Origin: the human T2T-CHM13v2.0 reference genome, Homo sapiens | Length of the DNA stretch: 64,000 nucleotides | Assembly: GCF_009914755.1 (NCBI RefSeq) | Contig: NC_060935.1 | Strand: one strand, 5' to 3' | Part shown: positions 32,331-44,400 of the stretch, piece after piece | Layout of the letters: every line of letters starts with the position of its first letter | How positions within the stretch are numbered: position 1 is the stretch's first letter | The notes under the pieces: model-generated | What the model was told of the DNA's origin: nothing | Databases searched by the model: none | The model's input: the letters and a program-made list of their open reading frames with translations, nothing else | Translations under genes and position numbers: made by a program

Positions 32331-32700
32331 GGCCATATGTGATGGCTCACACCTGTAATCCCAGCACTTTGGGATGCCAGGGCTGGTAGATCTGGCTGGA
32401 GGCCAGCCTGGCCAATATGGGGAACCCTGTCTCTACTAAAAACACAAAAGTCAGCCAGGAGTGGTGGCACATACCTGTAATCCAAGAAACTTAGGAGACT
32501 GGGCAGGAGAATTGCGTGAACCCTGAAGTTGCGGCCAGCTGAGATTGAGCCACTGCTCTTCAGCCTGGGCAAGAAAGCAAGAAGAAAGGAAGAATGAAAG
32601 AGTGAGAGAACGAGAGAGAGAGAGAGAAAGAGAGAGAAATAAGGAGGAAGGAAACAAAGAAAAGAAAAGAAAAGAAAAGAAGAGAAAAGCAAAGAAAAGA
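32331..32700 (+). mobile_element. Alu (AluJ-like) with purine-rich tail
   Basis: Diverged Alu dimer followed by (GA)n/(GAAAA)n. Confidence 0.8.
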
Positions 32701-32828
32701 AACCTCAGTTTTTTTGAGTTTTGATTTTACTCCAAAAACTTCAGGTTTCAGAGTATGAGATTAGGACCAATTTATACCATTAGATGATGGGTCCTGAATG
32801 CTCTGTAAACCATTCTTAATGCTCATTG

Positions 32829-32839
32829 TGATTGGATTA
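32829..32839 (-). promoter_or_regulatory. DUX4-type consensus site TAATCCAATCA in intron 1 of the TRIM43-like fragment
   Basis: TGATTGGATTA on + is an exact TAAYYYAATCA match; function untested. Confidence 0.4.
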
Positions 32840-33679
32840 GAAAAGATTGATTCCGTACAAAAGAAAAAACGTGATTGTTTGAGGAAATGGTATTTAACTG
32901 CAATTTTACTCTCATTGTTTCATTTAGATGTCATAATTTTCTCCTTTAAAGTATTTTGAAAATTCTCAATCACAATCCACCACTGCAAAATGATTTCTAA
33001 ATAACCATTATTTATTTACTGAACATTGTGAGATTTGATCAGTTTTCACCCAGAAATGCTGAAGAGACATTTAGTATACTCTAAAACAATATTATCCTCA
33101 AATTATTCAACATATTACCTAAGTTGTATATTATAGAATATTCTGTCTTGTGCATATATTTATGTGCCAACTTTAGAACAGAGGGTATTACATTTATGTA
33201 CAACATATAAAATAAAATATTCTCAATAAAATTTAGGATATACAACAAGTATGAAATTGCAAGATATCTGAAAACTATTTTCTGTGTTCTTAGAATACAT
33301 AGGAACAAGTAAGGAATACATAAATGATACAAGTAAAATTAATCTTCACTGTGTTTCACAAGTATGTAGGAAGACAGGATGACAAAATAAGAGTAAAAAC
33401 GTTTTTACTAAGTAAGCAAATGACATCACTTATAGAAACAAGTTCAGTTTATTGAAAAATTAAACATAGTGCAGTCTGTTTTGGATTGGAAAAGTAGCAG
33501 GAACTCCTCCTCTGTTAGTTGTGTTCTCACCCAGAAATATACTTATGGTCTCACTGAATCTTGCTGTAGAAGTAGTACTATAAAGTCTGGTCAGGGATCA
33601 GGGCCTCATCATATAGTGGTAGTAGCTTTCAGACATCTTCACAGCCAGTTCAAAAGCCACTCTGTGTGTCCCAGAAAAG

Positions 33680-33800
33680 AATGAGCTTGGCTACTTGTAC
33701 CTCTTTATATTGAATCTCTGAAAAATCACACCCATTTCAAACAGGTTGTACATTTCTTGGAGTTTGGGATAGCCATTAGGGTTTTTGATTAGGTTTCACC
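33680..33800 (-). promoter_or_regulatory. putative promoter of the TRIM43-like fragment
   Basis: TATAAAG 33709-33703, CACACCC box 33727-33733 and DUX4-like AAACCTAATCA 33796-33786. Alignable with 46820-46935. Confidence 0.55.
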
Positions 33801-34177
33801 AGAAGAGAGGAAATGATGGATTCAACACCTTGGCTAATCTCCCTAAACAAACTTTAAACTTCCTTTTATCAAGAACCACTGAGTTTACAACAAATGAACC
33901 CTCAAATACCAAACTTGTAGATAATTTTTGGAGTTCTTTAATATTTTACTCATCAAAAGATGAGAAAGAGGATACCATCAATTTATGATTTTAAGAAATG
34001 TCTTCAAAAGTCTGGAATAGTTTTTCTCCCTTTTCTTTTTGCTTTATTTTTTTCTGTTTTTGGAAATGTTTTGCCTGAAGTTGGCTTTAATTCTAATAGT
34101 CACTGAACTAGACTGGAAATGCACTCTGCTGTTGCCTTTGAAGCTTGATTTCAGGTTTTAATGTATTACTGTCAATT

Positions 34178-34316
34178 TATATATATATAATATCTTTTAT
34201 ATATTATATTTTTATACATATATAATATATTATATATATTATATATTATATGTATTTTATATATATTATGTGTATATACACACACACACACACACATATA
34301 TATTTATATATATATT
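34178..34316. repeat. (TA)n/(CA)n microsatellite
   Basis: Direct reading. Confidence 0.85.
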
Positions 34317-34453
34317 CTGGTTCTGTAGCCTAGGCTGGAGTGTGGTGGTGCAATCACAGCTCACAGCAGCCTTAAACTGCTAGGCTCAAGTGATTCTTTT
34401 GCCTCATTTTCTCACAGAGCCAAAATTACAGACATGAGCCACTGCACCCAGCC
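34317..34453 (-). mobile_element. Alu monomer / FLAM-like fragment
   Basis: cctaggctggagtgtggtggtgcaatcacagctcac...gagccactgcacccagcc. Confidence 0.7.
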
Positions 34454-36259
34454 TATTAATTTATGTTGTCAATAAAAGCATAAGAATTATCTTTATTACA
34501 AATTAAGAAACAGAATATCTTTAAGGAAATATTATATCTTTTAGGAAAAATAAAATCTTCAGTAGTTATAGACTGCTATGAAAACTGCTGTTACCAATAG
34601 CAATTTTGTGTACGTCTATATGACAGATACACATGTAAATATATATAATACATACATGAATTTTTTCACATTTGGCAATCATTTAAGAAATTCTTTTATC
34701 ATATAAATTCTAATTTATATTGGTAAAAGTGAAATAAGTAAAATTTGCTGTTTAGTGAAAACTGTTTAGCAAGTGAAATGAAGCTGCAGAAAGTGTGAAT
34801 TGGATAATAGATATAAAGATATGTCATGAAGGCTTCACAGATGGACAAACAGAGGTAAACTAGGAGAGTGATAGTGACATAAGGAGGATGAGAGTATCAT
34901 GTATGTCCTTTATAAACAGCATAATGTGTGATTGACTGTAGCACACAGTAGAGCTAAGTAGAGAAGATGAGGAGAGTACATATTCAAGGGTATAATGTTT
35001 GATAATTTTTTCAGAGTAAGCAAATGAATGGAATTCAGGAAGCCAAACAATCCCCATTTTGGATGTATAAAACATAAATTTACTTTGTTTTGAATGTGTA
35101 AAACAATATATTTTGGCTGATATTTAGTATTTCTCTGTCTTTGTTGGCTGATTCATTATGATGTGTTTAAGCTTGAAACCACCACCAAAGATGAAGAATC
35201 TCTTAAAAGCAGCCAGAATAAACTGTTTCATTTTGAGGGAACACTTAATAGAATGACAACAGACTTCTACATAATCATAAATGTAAGTATAAGACAGTGG
35301 ACTAATATTTGTAAAGTGTCAAAAAATGTGACTGGCAATACAGAGATGAATATGGATTGGAAATATCTTTTACATAAGAGGATAAAAGGAAGATCTTGTC
35401 ACATAAATATAATAAAAAAAAAGAGGCTTTATACCCTACTAAGGACTTCTAGAACAGTACCCATGAGATCTACTTGAAAGATAATTCTAACACCTCTGCC
35501 ACATTTGAATCTGGCTTTATTAATTACTTTTTCTCTTAACACTGTGTCCTTTATGTATCTTTTCTGTTTCTGTATATGTCTGGTAAGTTTTACTCAAAAA
35601 GTGAACTATGTAGAGTAGACTAATATAGAAAGCAAAACCGGCATGTGTTCCCTTTTTCTAGCCTGTATGTGTGTGTTTTGAGGGAGAAGGTTGAATCAAT
35701 CTAGTCAGGAGTTGATTTGGTTTTGAGACTTGTTCTTCTTAGAGTTGATTCCAGTGCACCATAGGTTTCCTGCTTATCTAGCATTACTTTGTTTTTCGGA
35801 TTGGACTGGTTCAGCAGCTTTCCTCAGTATCTGCTGTATCCTCAACTTTAAGTTTCCCTCCAAATTCCGCTCAGTCCCCCAGAACGCACTGCTTTGACCT
35901 GTTACTCAACAATTTTTTGCCTAGTTGGGGTGGTGATGAGGATGGAGACGCATTCTCTGAGATTCTGATGAAGCTCAGTCACAGGTTGACACTGTTTCTG
36001 GGTCTTCATGGTTGGAACCTTCTTAATGATCCTGTCCAACCTTCAGATGTAGGTCTAAATCCTCCACATATTTTTTTCCTCTTTTTTCTTTTCCCCTTTC
36101 CAAAGTTCAATTAGTTTTACCAGCATCTCAAGGGCGATGGCATTCCATATATTTCCCTTTGTACTTTTAGGTTTTGTTACACAGTGGAGACGGGGAGGTA
36201 AATACAGGTCTTAAAATGTGATATTCTCTGAATCTCTTCACAGACTGTAAAACAAATGT

Positions 36260-36633
36260 ATGTGGCACATATACACCGTGGAATACTATGTAGCCATAAA
36301 AAGGATGAGTTCATGTCCTTTGTAGGGACATGGATGAAGCTGCAAACCATCATTCTCAGCAAACTAACATAACAACAGAAAACCAAACACCGTATGTTCT
36401 CACTCATAAGTGGGAGTTGAACAATGAGAACACATGTACACAGGGAGGAGAACACCACACACTGGGGCCTGTCTGGGGTGGGGGTCCAGGGGAGGGATAT
36501 CACTGGGATAACTACCTAATGTAGATGACGGGTTGATGGGTGCAGTAAACCACCATGGTGTATGTATACCTATGTAACAAACCTGAACGTTCTGCACATG
36601 TACCCCAGAACTTAAAGTATGATAATAAAAAAA
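36260..36633 (+). mobile_element. L1PA 3'-end fragment
   Basis: atgtggcacatatacacc...aagtgggagttgaacaatgagaacac...gtaccccagaacttaaagtatgataataaaaaa. Confidence 0.88.
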
Positions 36634-36755
36634 GGTTTATGTCTTAATGTTGATGTTAAATTATCATAAAGTATATACATATGCATTTGAAAAATTAGGC
36701 AAAACAACAAATTCATTTATTTCAAACTTCTTATTTTATACATGAAAATACCATG

Positions 36756-36763
36756 TATATATA

Positions 36764-36818
<55 letters not shown>
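36756..36818. repeat. (TG)n(TA)n microsatellite
   Basis: Direct reading. Confidence 0.9.
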
Positions 36819-36822
<4 letters not shown>

Positions 36823-38461
36823 CTCTTCTGCATGAAAAATGCTTATAGTTTCTCTCATTGATTTCAATGCTTCCTGTATCTTATCCTGGTTAATTTTCAA
36901 GTTTCCTAACCATTACCTTCCAAAACATTATTCAATATTCTAACTTCTAGCATGAGTTAATGGAGTTCACAATTTATCTAAATAAAACACTGTAATATAA
37001 CATTTGTGTGTTTCAATTCTTTTCTTAAACTTCTCTTTGAGATTCATTAATTTGTTGCATTTCGGTGTTATCTCTGTTTTGTAAAATTATTTTGTACAAT
37101 GAGATCACAATTTATTTAGCAATTCTACTGTTGATGAATATTTATTTTGTCTCCAATTTGGAGCTACTATAAAAATTGCTGCAACGATCAACATTGTGTT
37201 TATCTTGAAATACACATAGGCAGGCTGTGGAATATATTTTAGAATGAGAATATGTAGCCCATAAGGAATGCTCATAGTCAGTTTGCCAAAAAGTATTTCA
37301 GTTTGTATCCCTCCAGCCATGAATAAGTTTCATCATTGATTCTTTATCTTTCACAACACACAATATTATGTGTTTTTACATTTTGCTACTTTTTATGGAG
37401 GCCTGTGGTTCAACTTATGGATTAATTTTTATTATTCTGAGGACTAATACAAGTAATCCCTTTTTCATATTTGTCCAGATATTTATGCCTCCAATTTTAT
37501 GAAGTGCCTGTTCAAATATTTTCCCAATTTTATATTGGTTTCATTTTCTTTTATTTATTACCTTCATTAATCACATGTATTATATTTTATTGCATATATG
37601 TTGGGATAAATATTTTTCTCCACTCTTGGTTTGCATTTTAATTCTTGGATGGTATATTTTGAAACACAGAAGTCATCATTTTTGATATAAAGTAACTACA
37701 TTTTTCTTCTTAATTGTTCCTTTTTTGTCCTGGTTAGGAAATCTTTCTGTGTGAGAATATTTTATTGTGTTCCCTTCACCTTCAGAACATGAATCCATGT
37801 GGAAATGCACTGTGTATGGTTTGAGGTAGGGGTCAGTATTCAGTTTTGTCCATTTGAATATTAAATTGATCCAGCATTGTCCTGATCCCCTTGTAAATTT
37901 CACTGTAGGACATCACTCTGATCATGCACGAGTATTTTGAATATAAGATGAGATTTACAAAGATAAGCACAGCATAAGAGGTCAAATAAGATTACCTCAA
38001 AGGATAGTTTCATAAATAAAACACATCAAGAAGTATAATATTGTTAGATGAAGAGAAAGAAAATATTTCCAGGTTACCACTGAGTCTTTTTACTCCAAAT
38101 TTTTCATGAAGCCCAAGATCTCTACTTTCTTCCATTGATTTTAACTTCATTTAGACAACTCTTTCCTCTATTATTTTACTTTGTGACATTCAGAAATAAT
38201 TAAAAACCAGAGAATATAGTCTATGCCATAAATCATGGGTGATGATTTTCCAAAAATGATTTAAAAAGGAACCAATACACATGGTTGCAGTGTTTTCACC
38301 ATATTTAATAGAAACACTATAAATGAGTTTTGATGACATTAGAATGCAACTAAAGACATTAAATATAACTTATTTATCCTGTTTGATGAGGTGCGAAAAA
38401 AAGGCTTTCTTAGCTAAACAGGTTCCCAGAGCATATAGACCCATTTCTGACTTTTCTCTGG

Positions 38462-41400
38462 TCAGAAGTGACTACAGCAAAAGATAGGCCTGAGAGGAGG
38501 TGAGAAGGAGCAATTAGGGATGATGTATATCAGGAAACTTTGATCAACATCAACAAAGCTCATGATTCTACCTTCACAATCCAGGAATAATCCTACTGTG
38601 CTGGTAGGTTTTGGAACATATTGCACCACAAGTGGGGTGGTGGTAAAGAGACTGCAGTGAGTGTCCTCCTTAACACATCCAAGAAGAAAGAGTCCCTCCT
38701 CTCCATCTATCTTGTCATTCTGTCTCTTCTCTTTCCAATAATTGTTACAGACACCAAAAGCCCAATTCCAAGAATCCCCCACGTGCACCTCCCAATAATA
38801 TTTGCCAGATGTGAAAGCCTGAGTCCCCCATACAAGAAAACATTCAGATTTTGCAGTGATATCGGGATCATCTTGAGGGTCACATCCAACATTCATGCTT
38901 CTCAAATCTCCATACAGGAAGATATGACTATTAGCTCTTTCAAGCCGCAGAGTAAAATCAACTGCAAAAATAATTTTTTAAAAATATAGATACATGTAAT
39001 TAATAGAAATTAGAATTCTTGAGGGAAAAGTTGTTCTACCAAGAGTTTACTTTACCAAGAAATTGGAAGTTACAAGGACAGGAGAATTGTGGCTACAACA
39101 TTTAATAAAGTATAAGGATGCTTATTATTCTCTATAGGAAGAACAAAACCCTAAAAACAGACATTGAAAACTTAAAAATTGAGAGTGGAATATAAGACCA
39201 GCCTGCTTTAATCCAATCTCCAATGTAACAGTGAAATACTTTATGCCCTGAATGCCCTTTAGCTATCAAGGTCATTATTATTAAAATATTTCTTGTTCTT
39301 AAATACTAGGGATATAATTTTGGCAAAAGGGGAAGATTTTAGCTTACTCAAGCACCACTCTAGATAACTGGATAAAAGTCCATATGTTCAAATTACAAGT
39401 GATAACCTAAGGCCGATTTATGCAAAATCTTTTACCAGTCACTTTGCGGACATCACTGCTAGCTCTAGACCGGTACCGAATTTTACATTTCACACGTAGC
39501 TCTTCGTGTTGTAACTAAACTGAAATTTCCATTTTTACTTCCTATTTACATAATAATTTCTTCTTTCTTTTTACCTGTTAAGTCAAAATTTTACATTACA
39601 TCAATAATATATATTTATTGTAAGAAAGTACAAATACTCCAACAAACTGCAGTGAACTCTATCCCCCAATGAAATGTGTTTAACAATTCAAAGGAAATAC
39701 AGTAAAGAAATGTAAAATTTTTATGTAGCCTTGGATTATTATGCTTCCTTCTGAGCATTGTTCCATTTATTCAATTTTTTATTTCTTATGTCATTCCATT
39801 TACCCAATATAAGTCTATCCATGTGAGCCCAGAACATATTTGTTTTTCACTATGTTTTACTCTTCAGGTTATAAATTGGACTATAAAAAGAAACAGATAT
39901 AAAAGGATTGCATCATCATATGGTTCACTTCCTGCTGAAATGAAATAAAGATTTGATGAAGGGTAAAATATTACCCCCATGATTCTAACAAGAAGTAATA
40001 CACTGTGGGAATTCTGCCGACGGGCTGACACTTACCTCTGAATCCACTGAGCCTGTCCAGCAGTCCAGTGATGGGCCCTGCACTGAGCTCTGGATTCACA
40101 GGCTCAGACACTTGCAGCAGCAGGGACTCATACCTGCAAGGAGAAAGATACAGCTACCACATCTACAGCCAAAAAAAATACATAAAAATCACCATTTTCA
40201 TTTAAAAGACATTTCATGAGAAGCCCTTTAACCCACACATTTGCTAATTCCAAAATTATCATTTTCTTTTTCAAATTCATTCTTATTCACAGTTCCTGAT
40301 TTTCAAGCACGATGGTAAAGTCTCTCTGACTGAGAATTCATTCGGATCTTTCTTTGTATTGCTCCAAATTAGTAAGGATCATTAGTCTTAAGACTGGGAG
40401 AATATTCAAAAATGAAATTCTGGGTTCCAGACCTCACCAGAAATTCCTGAAATCACTGTCTGGAAAAGTGGGGTTATTTTTAAGACTGCTGCATCTGTTG
40501 CTTCCTTCTCAAGGCCAGGGTGTTGAAACGTGCTCCAGGCAGGGAGATCTGCCTTTTATAATTGAGGTTCTCTGGAGGCCCACACGATTCAAACATTCCG
40601 AATAGTTTGTTTCATCTATTTTTCAGAATTATATATTGAAATATAAACTAGAAATCATCAACAATTTTTGCTGCTAAAATACTTTCCCCTTTTCTCTCTG
40701 GCTTCCCCTGGTTGACTTTGTAGCCATGTAGTAAATGTGATATTTTCTCTTTCAAATATGAAGGCTTTTGAGCAATAAAAAGGAAACTAGGAATAGAGAT
40801 GCTCACTTCCTTTATTTTCTTTCATTGATTTATTTTTTTTCTCTTTCTTATTTATTTATTTATTTATTTTTGGTTTTGCACAACTTTCATTGAGCTGCTT
40901 AATAAAATCACTGAGTATGGCAACAAAATAGATGACTACATGGGGTGGGGGATGGAGAAAGTACAACCAGCACAAGGTAGTATCAATATCTGAATCAATT
41001 TTACCTTCAATATCAAAGTTCCTGCTTGATATTTGTGGAAACTAAAAGCATCTGCAAAAATCTTGGTATGCACTCACCTTTGTAATATGTTTCCAAAAGA
41101 CTGTAAAAAAAAAAAAAATAGGCTTAGTGCTTTCCATAAGACGCACCTTCAACTAAGTTCATTGTGAGATACGGAGACAGTTTCTGAAGATATTATTTTC
41201 CTACAATGTTCCCTCCTGGAAAGCATTTTCTGTTTCTTTTCTCATGAAAATCCCAGTCTATCATATGTCACGAATTAATGTCCTGATAAAGTCTAAGTCT
41301 TGCAGACATTCTCTTTACAAGTGAAGGGAGAGGAGGCCCACAGAGTCCATGCTCTGCTGTAACCATAAAGAAGCTACTCAGTCATCTACCCTAAGCCCTG

Positions 41401-44400
41401 TTACCAAAATGAGTGGACCACAAAATAATATTAGTGTGATCCTAGATTCCCCAACTTCTCCATCATGCCATGTCTCCAAATTAGCCTAAATGCCAATGAA
41501 TCACTTCTCATTTTATCCACGTTCAAAAATCCTAAATAAATCACTGACTTTTGATGGGAAATATTTCTTGGGGCTGTCTGTTACCTTGGCCATTCCGCAA
41601 AGTGTTGTTGCTGGTGGATAAAGTAAGAGGGACGTTCGGTCTGGTAGAATTACTAGGACAGGCTATACCCTCCCAACCAAGTAGCTATTAGCTATCGAAT
41701 CGTGTTTTTGGAAACAAATCATGGAAGTAAAGGGGGAGACGGATTTCAGGAGAGAGGAAAAACATCCATGCACGTGAATCTTCAACATCATGATACCCCA
41801 CGGTCAGTCCGTACCTGGAGTAGCTCCACATCTGCTTTATGGCACATTTGCTTCAGATCCTCATACATTCCTCTTAAAAGCTCCCTGGAATGTTCCATTC
41901 TGGCTTTGCTTTCATTGAGTTGCTGAAAAATGTCCTCGCCCTCCTTTCGCAGCCTCTCCAAGTGATGTTGCTCTTCTTCACGGAGAAATGCAAGCATCTT
42001 CTGATATTCAGCTCTGATTGCTTCTATCCTTAAACTCACATAATCCTGCAGTGACAATTAGTCAAAATAGAAATGTTTTATCCACCTTCTCTTGAATTTC
42101 ACTGATTCCTCTTAGCATTCTGAACACCCAATATTTTAATCCTCAATCTTGTCAATTCTCAGATTCCACAAAATTTTATTCCTTTCCTTTTTTTCTGTAC
42201 TAATATCACATAGTTGTTTCTGCCCAGTTACATTTACTTGATTAATGATAAAATGTTTTCTAAGATAGTTATATAAAAATGGATTTCTCTCTTCCACACC
42301 ACATTTATAGAAAGAAAACACAGTTCTTGCTTAAGAATCAAACTATTAGTTATATTGACTAGGTAAGAAACCATTATTTCTATTTTGGAGAATTGGGGCA
42401 AGTTATGTAAAACCATTATATGACAAATGATGACATGACCCAGACTAGCATTGTCAACTCAATGCATTTCACCCAGCATCACATATTCTAATAAGGTTTC
42501 ATTTATCCTCTTCCAAACTCACCCTAATCGGCAACATGGGCTTCTTGGTGGTTCCTCAAACCCCCAAATAAATGCAAATTAAATATTACTGCACATGCTG
42601 TTTTCTATGCCTAGAATTATTTTCATATATATATAAATACATGTTTCTCATATATGTACTCATATATATATTTCTCAAATATAGGTATATATGGATATAT
42701 GAGGAATATATACGTGTATCTGTGTGTGTATATATATATTCCTCAAATATATCCATATATATGTATATATACCAACACCCAGGTACACATATATATTCAT
42801 ATATTTATGAGGAAGAGAAAGGCAAACAGGAGGATATATATATTTCCTCCTGATCAAGATTTTGTTTCAGTGTGAATTTTTCCATGAGCCTTTTTTCTAA
42901 CCACCCTATTTAAAACTCAAACCCTCATCCCCAGTCCCTGGCCTCTGTGCTCCTTTTCTACTTTCCTGCTTGATTATTCTCCAAAGACACTACTACACTC
43001 TAACACATCATGTACTTCACATATCTGCATGGTGACCATTTGCTTTTCTCATTTCCATTGCAAGATTTGTGTGTTTTCTTTCTTCTTTACTCCTTAACTT
43101 TCTAAGTTGATATTTGACATAGACTAGGTACTCATAAAATATCTTTCAATGAATTAATATTAGAGTAAATTAATGAATTAATATTAGATATCATACCCTC
43201 AATATAAACATCCACAAAGAGAAAATCATTTCTAGAATTCTTCTCAAGTCCTTAGAGTTCTCCTTATATTAAATACTAGTTCCCATATTTCTCAGATATT
43301 TCTGTCTTCATCAAGACACAAGTCTACATTTCTTGCCACTTTTCCCATTATGTGTTATGACTTATTCAATTTTAATTAGTGCTGATATTTAATTTCATGC
43401 TTTCCCTAAGGTTGCACTCTTGCTCCTTCTGCCTGAAATTTAGCTCACATTTCAATATGCTTGCCCACCAGGATTCAAATTCATACTGACTCAGCCTTAG
43501 AAGGGTCACCTGAAATTTCCATGACTGACAAATAACTCTTGTGTCCAGAATTTATCCAGGCAGCCCATTGGGAAGCATGTGAAATGGCTCAGTTTCTTGT
43601 ATTTGTTGGGGGTATTGCTATAGGTTTGTATGGAAACAGATGAGCATGCTTGGGTAACATCTGTGGTCTGATTAGAAATCCTACCAAAGAGTCACACTAA
43701 CTTATATAAAAAATTAGGGTGTGTTTTTCTCAAGTGTTTTTTCCTTGTTTATTGAATTCCAGAAACATTGTGGGTTGAGATCAAGTTTCTATTTTAAGAG
43801 TCACCCATTTGTTCGCTGTAAGTTCCCAGAAAAGGTGGAGTAATACGGTACTAAACTTCCAGCATCTGGTTCTGGTGGTTTCCATGTTCTGGTTTCTGAG
43901 ATTTTCACAAGCTTTTTCCCATAAGCACTGCATTTTTTTTTAGGAGCTCCTCCTGCAAAACAGCCATGAACTGAAGCACAAGTGAGGACAATAAAGTATC
44001 ATTCACACTCTGATATACGAAGGACCCAAAATGAGAGACAAATTAGCCCACAGAAAAGAGAGTTTGCTTTGTTTCTCCTCATGTTTGTCAAATCTGAGAG
44101 GTGTGAAGTCAAGGAAGCTCATAACGGACATGCTTAAAGGGACACAGAGATGGCATCATCCAATCTCCAAGGAAAGAGACTTACAAGAATTTCATGTGTC
44201 CTGTATAGAAATAGATCTTCAGAGGCATCGCTTACCTGGTATTCCTCAGCAGCCAACTCAATGGGACAGTGTCTGTGATCTCGGTGCTCCTGAGAGTTGG
44301 AGCACAGAAAACAGAGCAGGCTCTTGTCCACTTCACAGAACACCTTCTTTTTGTGTCTGTGCATCCCACATATTTGCTCCTCAGAGCTAAGGAATTGCCG

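Larger units (their letters stand above)
30948..33690 (-). pseudogene. TRIM43-like pseudogene, 5' fragment (putative exon 1 ~33680-33531; RING/B-box exon 32055-31647; coiled-coil exon 31043-30948)
   Basis: Manual translation from ATG 32051: [48 protein letters not shown]...DVKTNILL...[23 protein letters not shown], with a stop and frameshifts. The 96-nt exon ETIMKQMRSFWEKIQENQRKLNEESRKTNQWI has AG and GTAAGT boundaries. Closest remembered match is TRIM43. Confidence 0.85.
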
